From: an uncultured Acidobacteriota bacterium | Lineage (GTDB): Bacteria > Acidobacteriota > Vicinamibacteria > Vicinamibacterales > 2-12-FULL-66-21 | Assembly: GCA_963725145.1 (NCBI GenBank) | Contig: CAVRXL010000012.1 | Span: 1,714,141 to 1,778,140 of the forward strand | Direction of reading: 5' to 3' | Length of the DNA: 64,000 nt | Part shown: piece by piece, positions 55,945 to 64,000 of the stretch | Layout of the letters: every line of letters begins with the position of its first letter | Position numbering within the stretch: position 1 is the stretch's first letter | Notes under the pieces: model-generated | Seen by the model: only the letters and a program-made list of their open reading frames with translations | Told to the model about the DNA's origin: nothing | Database searches by the model: none | Position numbers and translations under genes: made by a program

Positions 55945-57855
55945 ATGTCCGACTCCACCTCTCGGCTTCCGGCGCGCCCATCTCTCGAGCAGCTGCGCAA
56001 GCAGGCCAAGGATCGTTTGAAGAAGCTTCGCGCGCAGGGCACCGCCGCCACGCTTGCCGACGTCCAGTTGGCGCTGGCGCGCGAGTGCGGCTTTCAGAAC
56101 TGGGCAGACCTCGCGCATCACGTCGAGGCGATCAACCCGCCTGGCCTGCGCAGGTTCGAGCAGATGGCGGAGGAACTCGCCGCCGCATATTCGTCAGGTG
56201 ACTTCGAAGCCATCCGCGAATTCAACTGGACCTATGGCACGTCGTTCGTGTGGCACCGCGAGCCGGAAGCAATGCATCGGCAGCTGCCAGCGTGGTTCGC
56301 GTCCACTTCACGGTCGATGAATCTGGCGGTAGCCGATGCGCGCACCCTGGTGGCTCGCAAGACAGGATTCGAGACCTGGGACGAGCTGGTTCGCGGTATG
56401 AGCGCTCCGAGTAGAGCGCGCGCGACCGGTCCTGCGCTGACGACGGTGCCCTTCTACAGAATCCACCCTGAGCTCGGCATCGAGGTCGACCCAGCGGCGG
56501 CGGATCAGCACTGGGACGCGATTCTTGCGGTGATCGCCGAGCGCGGCATCACAGGGGTTCTCGTCAACGGCTTGACCGATCGGGGGCTCAACGAGCTGTC
56601 GCGAGCCAAAGTGGTCACGCGCCTCGACATCGGCGGTGCGCTGCTCACTGACGAGGGAATGCGATCTCTGGCGCGGATGCCGCAACTCGAAGCATTGAGC
56701 CTTGGAGGACCGAAGTGCCGGATCACGGATCGCGGGTTGGAGCCACTGCGGCATCTGCCCGCGCTGCGGCGCTTCGCGATGACGTGGGCGCCACAGATCT
56801 CTGACGCGGGCATTTCGAACCTCGCGGGATGCGAGCGCCTGGAGCGCGTGGATCTGATGGGGACGCCCACAGGGGACGGCGCGCTCAGAGCGCTGGCCGG
56901 GAAGCCCCATCTCGCCCAGGTCGCGACCGGCCGCCTCGTCACGGACGCTGGTCTTCCGCTGCTTCACCAGTTTCCCGTCTTCCGTGCGCCCTTCGTCGGC
57001 GAGTTGAAGTACGACCTGATGAGTTTCTCGGCGCAGCCAAACAATCTGCTGCTCGACGGCCCAGTAACCGACAGCGGGCTGAGAGCTCTCGCGGGCCTCG
57101 AAGGCCTCGTGGGTGTCAATCTGTTCTGGCACACGCCAGCCTTCACGCCCGCCGGATTGAGGGCGTTCGCTGAGATCCCGAACCTCGCCTTCCTCGGGTG
57201 CGACGGCAAACGGTGCAACGACGAGGCCATGCGACAGATCGCAGGCATCCCGCGGTTGCGCATGTTGATGGCACAGGGCACCGTCGCTACCGATGACGGA
57301 TTCGACGCACTGAGCCGCTCGCAGACCATCGAATACATCTGGGGACGCGAATGCCCCAACCTGACCGGCCGGGGGTTCGTGGCGCTGGCGGCCATGCCGT
57401 CGCTGCGAGGCCTGGCGGTGAGCTGCGCGCGCGTGGAGGATGAGGCGCTTGCGATGCTGCCGCGATTTCCGGCTCTGACCGCGCTGATGCCGATGGACGT
57501 TCGCGATGAGGGGTTCCGTCACGTCGGCCGCTGCACGCGGCTGGAGCATCTCTGGTGCATGTACTGCCGCGACACGACGGATGCCGCGACCGAGCACCTC
57601 ACCGGTCTGTCACATCTGAGGTCCTACTACGCGGGGATGACGAAGATCACAGATCGCAGTCTCGAGATTCTGAGTCGACTGCCGGCGTTGGAGCGCCTCG
57701 AGTTCTGGGAAATCGCGGGAATCACCGATGCCGGTCTGAAGGCACTGGCAGCGCTCACCGGCTTGCGCGAAGTGTCGATTGGAGGATCGCCGGCCGTGAC
57801 ACGAGCGGGCGTGGCGCAGTTCGCGCCGCACGTCCGCGTGAAGTACGAGCCCTGA
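55945..57855 (+). CDS. leucine-rich repeat protein (RNI-like LRRs) with helical N-terminal module
   Basis: RBS AAAGGAG. The N-terminus has two copies of a ..A....LARE.GF..W..L motif (LADVQLALARECGFQNWADL; DARTLVARKTGFETWDEL). About 400 aa of ~24-28-residue L..L..L.L....ITD.GL..L repeats follow. Confidence 0.75.
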   Translation: MSDSTSRLPARPSLEQLRKQAKDRLKKLRAQGTAATLADVQLALARECGFQNWADLAHHVEAINPPGLRRFEQMAEELAAAYSSGDFEAIREFNWTYGTSFVWHREPEAMHRQLPAWFASTSRSMNLAVADARTLVARKTGFETWDELVRGMSAPSRARATGPALTTVPFYRIHPELGIEVDPAAADQHWDAILAVIAERGITGVLVNGLTDRGLNELSRAKVVTRLDIGGALLTDEGMRSLARMPQLEALSLGGPKCRITDRGLEPLRHLPALRRFAMTWAPQISDAGISNLAGCERLERVDLMGTPTGDGALRALAGKPHLAQVATGRLVTDAGLPLLHQFPVFRAPFVGELKYDLMSFSAQPNNLLLDGPVTDSGLRALAGLEGLVGVNLFWHTPAFTPAGLRAFAEIPNLAFLGCDGKRCNDEAMRQIAGIPRLRMLMAQGTVATDDGFDALSRSQTIEYIWGRECPNLTGRGFVALAAMPSLRGLAVSCARVEDEALAMLPRFPALTALMPMDVRDEGFRHVGRCTRLEHLWCMYCRDTTDAATEHLTGLSHLRSYYAGMTKITDRSLEILSRLPALERLEFWEIAGITDAGLKALAALTGLREVSIGGSPAVTRAGVAQFAPHVRVKYEP

Positions 57856-57869
57856 ACCCTGACCTGCTC

Positions 57870-58713
57870 TCAGGGCCGCCGGCCGAGGGCCACGATCGGC
57901 AAGTCGCGCGCCCCGGCCCACGCTTCCCACTCCGCGCCGGATCGCTCCGCGAACGCGCGCGCAAGCGCATCGCGGTCTCGCGGATCCACGGCCAGCTCTC
58001 GCTCGAGCGTCTCGCAGAAATGCGGCTCGAGCGCCGCCAGCGCGAGCCATCCGTCGCGAGTGCGATAGAGACCGTACGCCGGCAGCTGACCTCCGAGCGC
58101 ACCGCGCTCGCCGGTCAGGCCTCGCTCCAGCGGCTCCGCGAAGAAACGCGCCGCATCGTTCAGCGACACTTCGACGTACGCGCCCTCGCCGCTGCGATCG
58201 CGGGCCATGAGCAGAGCGAGCGCCGCGATGACCGCCCGCTGCGCTCCGCCGAGATCGGCGACGAGGGTGCGCGGCAGCGCGGGCGGCACGACGAGCCCCA
58301 TCTCGGCCTGATAGGTCAGATCGTGTCCCGCCACATTCTGCCGAGGGGTCCCGTATCCGACGATGGCCACCTGGCAGAGCCGAGGGTAGCTCGCGTGCAG
58401 ATCCGGCCAGCCGAGGCCGAGACGCTCGAGAGCGGCGGGCCGGATCGATGTGAGCAGGAGGTCTGCCGACGCGAGCAGTTCTTCGAGAGTCACGTGATCC
58501 GCGTCGGTCTTCAGGTCGAGGACCTGTACCTGCATGCCGCTCGTCAGATCCGCGTGCCAGTCCGGGTTGATGCCGGCGAGAGGATCGCCTCCCGGCGGCT
58601 CGACTTTGACGACGGAAGCGCCAAGATCCCGCAAGGCCGCCGCCGCGACCGGACCGGGAACGTTGACCGCCAGGGTCACGATGCGGGTTCCCTTTAGAGG
58701 AGATCCCATCGGG

Positions 58714-58724
<11 letters not shown>
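57870..58724 (-). CDS. family III CoA-transferase (CaiB/BaiF-like)
   Basis: [41 protein letters not shown]...[11 protein letters not shown]. The start may be GTG 58724 or ATG 58709. Confidence 0.85.
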
Positions 58725-60013
<1,289 letters not shown>

Positions 60014-60057
60014 CAGCTAGCTTGCCCTGAGCGAGCGAAGCGAGTCGAAGGGCCAGG

Positions 60058-60979
60058 TCACGTCCGCACGGCGATACCCAGCAGTCGCGCCATCGTTTCA
60101 CCGTAGATCTTTTTGCGACTCGCCTCGGGGACGCCGCAGGCCTCCAGCATGGCTTCGTAGCGCCCGAGCATGTTCTCGAGCTGCTCGGGTGGCTCGTCGG
60201 TGCCGAACACGAGCTTCTCGAACGCGTACACCGCGTGCGGCGAGCTATGCGCGGTCGGTCCCTCCCACCACAGGTACTCTTTGAACACAGCGAGATTCTT
60301 GGCTTTCTTCAGAAGCGACGAGCCCGTGAGGTCGAAGTACAGCTTCGGGCCCCAGCGCGCCGCCTCGGCCGCCTCGTCGTACCACGGGTTGCCCAGGTGC
60401 GCGCCCTGGATGGTGAGATTCGGAAACGCGCGCGAGATCGTGTCGAGGTACGCCGGCCGCATGCGCGCCATCGACGTGTACTGCGGCTCGTCCACGTGAA
60501 AAGCGATACCGGTGTGGAAGAGCGCAATCAGCTTTCGATCTTGAAGCTGCTGATAGAGGTGGAAGTACCCCGGGTCGTCCCAGTTGTTCCGGGGGCTGTG
60601 CATCTTGACGCCTTTGAAGCCGCCCGCCGCGAACGCCGCAATCTGCGCCGGCGCCGCGGGATTGTCGACATCTATCCGGCCGTACGGGATCACGACGTCG
60701 GGATGAGCGGCCGCCGCGCGCTTCGTCGAGTCGAAGAGCTCCATCGGCGTCAGCACGCAGGCCATTGCGTTGCGGGGACGGTAGGTTGCGACCAGCCGCT
60801 CGAAGTAATCGGGCTTCCCGTCGTGATGCTGGTGCGAGTCGATGATGAAGCGACGAGGCGGCTTTGCCGCCGAGTCGCACGGCTGAAGCCGTGCGCCACC
60901 ATCGAGGTGTCGAAGCCCACGCCCGCGCCGCCGCGGCCGCTAACGTCAGGAATTCCCGTCGGCTGTGGGGACTCGCCAT
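60058..60979 (-). pseudogene. Tat-signal amidohydrolase (Amidohydro_2-like), one or two frame breaks near the 5' end as sequenced
   Basis: ATG 60979 gives [18 protein letters not shown] (twin-arginine motif). Other frames continue with [18 protein letters not shown], then [43 protein letters not shown]..., joining ORF 60058-60765. The breaks are near 60915-60940 and 60870-60880. Confidence 0.7.
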
Positions 60980-61753
60980 AGATCCTCCGCAACTGGCACC
61001 GACCCGCGCGTCACGAGGGCCGGGCTGACAAGCGCCGAAGACTCACGATCCAGATAGACCGTCACGTCACGATGCGTCCGGAGGATCGAGGCAGGGGCTG
61101 CCGGCGTGATCGGGCCTTCGAGACAGGCCCGCACGGCCTCCGCCTTGCGCCGATCCGGCACGACGCACAGAACCGCGTTCGCCGAGAGAATCTGCCGCAC
61201 CGACATCGAGATCGCGGTGTCCGGCACGTCCGCAAGGCTTCGCGAACCAGCCCTCGCCGACCTGCTGCCGGCGGCACGCCTCGTCCAGCCGGACGATGAT
61301 GTAGGGCGCCTCCGTCACGAAGTCCGCGGGCGGATCGTTGAACGCCAGGTGTCCGTTTTCGCCGATCCCGACGAACGCGACGTCGATCGGCGTCCGGCGC
61401 ACGGCCTCACCCACGCTGTGGAGGACCGAGGCCGGGTCCGCCTCTCCGTCGAGCAGATGGTAGTCGAGAATGCCGGCCGGGCGAATCAGACGCTCGAGCA
61501 GGTACTTCCGGAAACTGGCGGGATGATCGATCGGAAGGCCGATGTACTCGTCCAAGTGGAACATCTCGACACGGCGCCAGTCGACGTCAGGCTCGCGCGT
61601 GAGCCGTTCCAGGAACTCGAACTGCGACGCGCCGGTCGCGGCGATGATGCGGGCCCGCGGGCGCGCCGCGAGCGCCGCCCGAAGGCGGGCCGCCGCGTCG
61701 GCGGCCGCTGCCGCCGCGAGCGCTGCCCCGTCGGGTGAAATCTTGATCAACAT
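60946..61753 (-). pseudogene. glucosamine-6-phosphate deaminase/isomerase family (NagB-like), one frame break as sequenced
   Basis: ORF 61067-61753: [16 protein letters not shown]...[15 protein letters not shown]...[20 protein letters not shown]...QQVGEGWF. After a one-nt slip at 61239-61240 it continues as [55 protein letters not shown] (ORF 60946-61227). The 3' end is uncertain and overlaps the next gene's start. Confidence 0.75.
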
Positions 61754-61766
61754 CTCATTGGAGCGC

Positions 61767-61803
61767 GGGCCTCTTAGGCCCCGCGACCGGGCCTCTCAGG
61801 CCC
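61767..61803. repeat. two tandem 15-nt hairpins GGGCCTCT(T/C)AGGCCC spaced 22 nt apart in a divergent intergenic region
   Basis: GGGCCTCTTAGGCCC at 61767-61781 and GGGCCTCTCAGGCCC at 61789-61803. The first extends to a longer stem, CGCGGGCCT/AGGCCCCGCG. They lie between the nagB-like (-) and TIM-barrel (+) start codons. Confidence 0.7.
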
Positions 61804-61854
61804 AGCGCGCCGCCGGGAAGAATAATATGATTCGTCTCGAAACGGAGGCGCGGA

Positions 61855-62748
61855 ATGCATCGCAGGGCTTTCCTCCACTCTCTCGCGGCCACGCTCGTGG
61901 TCCCGCCGGTCCTGGCGCAGCCCCGGCGCGCGCAGGCCCCAATTGGATTCTCGACTCTGGGCTGCCCCGCCTGGGACTGGATCCCCATCCTCGACTTCGC
62001 GGCGAAACAGGGCTTCGCCTCTATTGAACTCCGTGGGATCCAGAAAGCCATGGATCTGACCGAGCGGCCGGAGTTCAGCCCCGGCCGGATTCAACAGTCG
62101 AAGAAGGAGCTGGCCGACCGTGGGCTGCGCGTCTCCTGCCTCGGCGCCTCGGCGCGGATGCACGAGACCGAGCCGGACGTGCTGAAGGCACAAATGGCGG
62201 AGGCACGGCGGTTCATCGACCTCGCCGCGGCGCTGGGCGCGCCGTACGTGCGAGTCTTCGGGGACAAGTTGGACGCGGCACGGCGGGAGCAGGTGCTGGC
62301 GCATGTCTCGTCCGGCCTCGGCGAGTTGGGGCGCTACGCCGGCGACCGCGGCGTCGTCGTGCTGATCGAATCGCACGGCGACTTCGTCCAGTCGCCGACG
62401 CTGAAGGAGCTCCTCGAGCGGGCGGCGTCGCCGCACGTGGCGTTACTCTGGGACGCGCACCACACGTATGCCGCCGGCAAGGAGGAACCGGAGCAGACGT
62501 TCGCTGCGCTCGGCAAATATATCCGCCACACGCATCTGAAGGACTCGCGGCCCGGCGAGAAAGAACGGCAGTACGTGCTCACCGGCGAAGGCGACGTTCC
62601 CGTCAAGCGTCAGGTGCAGATCCTCGCGAAGGCAGGCTACAAGGGCGATTACTCGTTTGAATGGGAGAAGCGCTGGCACCCGGAGATTCCAGACCCGGAC
62701 GTGGCGTTTCCGCATTTCGCGCGCGTCGTGCGCGAGTACCTCGGTTAG
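61855..62748 (+). CDS. Tat-signal sugar phosphate isomerase/epimerase (xylose-isomerase-like TIM barrel)
   Basis: MHRRAFLHSLAATLVVPPVLAQ (RRxFL motif), then GFSTLGCPAWDW...IELRG...YVRVFG...VLIESHGDF...HLKD...GDYSFEWE. Confidence 0.85.
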   Translation: MHRRAFLHSLAATLVVPPVLAQPRRAQAPIGFSTLGCPAWDWIPILDFAAKQGFASIELRGIQKAMDLTERPEFSPGRIQQSKKELADRGLRVSCLGASARMHETEPDVLKAQMAEARRFIDLAAALGAPYVRVFGDKLDAARREQVLAHVSSGLGELGRYAGDRGVVVLIESHGDFVQSPTLKELLERAASPHVALLWDAHHTYAAGKEEPEQTFAALGKYIRHTHLKDSRPGEKERQYVLTGEGDVPVKRQVQILAKAGYKGDYSFEWEKRWHPEIPDPDVAFPHFARVVREYLG

Positions 62749-62771
62749 GCAGCCCTGAAGGGCTGCGCTAC
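62749..62771 (+). repeat. REP-like hairpin GCAGCCCTGAAGGGCTGC followed by GCTAC; its 14-mer is shared with 15150-15163
   Basis: GCAGCCC-TGA-AGGGCTGC (62749-62766) lies directly after the TAG of the TIM-barrel gene. AAGGGCTGCGCTAC (62758-62771) recurs at 15150-15163, next to GCAGC-taaagg-GCTGC. Confidence 0.6.
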
Positions 62772-62785
62772 ATGTTGTCGCGAGC

Positions 62786-64000
62786 TCATTTCGACGGCGT
62801 TCTTCGGAGCTCGTCGAGGTCCTGCCGGATCCTCTGCAGCTGTTTTCTCTCGCTTCTGGTCGCGGCCGGGGCCGACGGACTCGCGTAGAAGGCCAGGATG
62901 TTCCCGCGCAGCGCGGCGGGCACGCCTTTGAACTCGCGCTCGCCGAGCTTGTCGAGCAGGCGCGCGTAGGCCTCGTCCGCGAGACGGTAGTCCCCTGCTT
63001 TGACCGGGCGGCCCGTATCGAAGTTGCGATTCTCGAGGCTGAGACGATTGCGCGAGGCAGCCGCGACGAACGCCCGATAGCGCTGGACGGTCGCGGTAAA
63101 GCTCTCGAGGAAGAGCTTCTCTGCCTCCGGCGTCAGCGGTTGGAACGCCAGCGTCTTGAACGGGCCGATCTTCGGGACGATTCGAAGCAGCGCGGCGCCC
63201 AGCTTGTGCCAGAAGTTCGGCCGCTTGTATTCCGTGCCCCAGAGGCGCTCGTAGTCGGCGCGCGAGATCCTGAACATGAACTGCTCGCGCGTCATTTCCG
63301 GGGCGAGCGCGGCGATCTCGTCGTACCGGCTCTCCCACGCCACCTTCGTCATCTCCGGGATTGTCGTACTCACCGTCCAGCGGAACGTTCCGATGGCGAG
63401 CCCGAGGTTCGTGAAGACATCGTCGAGATCGAGTCCGTACGTGGCCGAGAACGCCCGTTCGAGGACCGGCTTCGAAACTTCGAAGCCAATGAAGTCGCGA
63501 TACGCGTCCGGCAGATACCGGCCGCGCGCGACCTGCAGCACGTCGAAGCCCAGCTCCGTTCTAAGGTGGGCGGTCGGATGATCCTGATACGTGACGCGAT
63601 CACCGAACTTCGCCCGGAGCTTGGGATAGGTGATCGGCACGGCGAGATTGACGGCGCTGGGATGACCGACATTGTCCGCGGCGTAATGCGCGAGCGCGCC
63701 CAGCGCAAACGCGAGCTCCTCCGTGTTCCGCGCCTCGCGCACTAGTGCCTCGACGAAATCTCCGCTGCGGACGTAGTGCGTGAGATCACCGAACAGGCGG
63801 CTCGAAAACGGATAGTAGCCAAGGTCCTGAATCAGGCACCCGCCGTACGCAAAAGCACGCGCCCGCAGAAGCTCATCGGCAGAAGGGCGGAATCGCGCGC
63901 GCAGCACTGGCAGGATGGCGTCGTCCCACGCCGCGTCGACAATCGCCTCGTGGGTCAACACCGAGTAGGCTCGTGCGTCGCGAGCCGGAAGGACGAGGCA
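62786..64000 (-). CDS. zinc-dependent phospholipase C-like protein (5' end beyond the right edge)
   Basis: The frame stays open upstream of the listed GTG (63961). The hand-read codons give ..CLVLPARDARAYSVLTHEAIVDAAWDD.., i.e. the tail of a signal peptide followed by the PLC-like H.E.I..AW start. Later motifs: YGGCLIQDLGYYP and ALGALAHYAADNVGHP. Confidence 0.7.
   Translation of the reverse strand, partial: CLVLPARDARAYSVLTHEAIVDAAWDDAILPVLRARFRPSADELLRARAFAYGGCLIQDLGYYPFSSRLFGDLTHYVRSGDFVEALVREARNTEELAFALGALAHYAADNVGHPSAVNLAVPITYPKLRAKFGDRVTYQDHPTAHLRTELGFDVLQVARGRYLPDAYRDFIGFEVSKPVLERAFSATYGLDLDDVFTNLGLAIGTFRWTVSTTIPEMTKVAWESRYDEIAALAPEMTREQFMFRISRADYERLWGTEYKRPNFWHKLGAALLRIVPKIGPFKTLAFQPLTPEAEKLFLESFTATVQRYRAFVAAASRNRLSLENRNFDTGRPVKAGDYRLADEAYARLLDKLGEREFKGVPAALRGNILAFYASPSAPAATRSERKQLQRIRQDLDELRRTPSK

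Overview
High-G+C bacterial chromosomal segment. The gene content looks Acidobacteriota-like: two ADOP-type duplicated orphan MacB-like permeases, two Hanks-type Ser/Thr kinases, an ECF-sigma/kinase pair, and CadC/ToxR-like winged-helix regulators. All product calls come from motif recall on the supplied translations or my own hand translations; no searches were run.

Main blocks:
- 1-7.6 kb: an inverted pair of secreted paralogues around a small ORF, a wHTH-TPR regulator coupled to a secreted peptidase-like gene, and a membrane methyltransferase/DUF454/FAD-oxidase set.
- 7.7-15.1 kb, all minus strand: GH20 hexosaminidase, ECF sigma, Ser/Thr kinase, Zn-ribbon micro-protein, tRNA-Pro(CGG), B12-radical-SAM, metallophosphoesterase.
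- 15.2-21.6 kb: ADOP permease, ToxR-like regulator, CRTAC1/FG-GAP protein, surE, MFS transporter.
- 21.7-26.8 kb: hemH, a Moco oxidoreductase, an AT-richer GxxExxY (PD-(D/E)XK) gene held between inverted CGGAG-rich arms, a CarboxypepD_reg protein, terC.
- 26.9-37.7 kb: hspR-cbpA-clpB-ftsH, then an M14 peptidase and an APC permease.
- 37.9-47.7 kb: porin, micro-ORF, kdpF, kdpA, kdpB, a 170-nt palindrome, kdpC, a short KdpD N-domain protein, a separate histidine kinase and an atypical response regulator.
- 47.8-64 kb: a second ADOP permease, a SnoaL/kinase-TolB/BNR-sialidase operon, an RNI-type LRR protein, a Tat-linked sugar/amino-sugar cluster and a PLC-like protein.

Two window-wide properties stand out:
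1. About two dozen single-nucleotide reading-frame breaks in otherwise well-conserved genes, including ftsH twice. About 15 of them fall in 43.0-48.3 kb. This indicates either indel-prone sequence or assembly, or local gene decay.
2. An unusual load of short structured repeats: tandem heptanucleotide arrays with different words at many gene junctions and inside two CDSs, CGGAG/CAGAG-rich long palindromes, and REP-like hairpins.

The best candidates for something undescribed are:
- the hairpin-with-cargo GxxExxY cassette and its cargo-free or in-frame relatives;
- the 11-bp-phased RTCCCGG triple repeat found at two promoters;
- the translationally coupled GH20-sigma-kinase chain.

No CRISPR array, integrase, transposase or recognisable defence system was seen.
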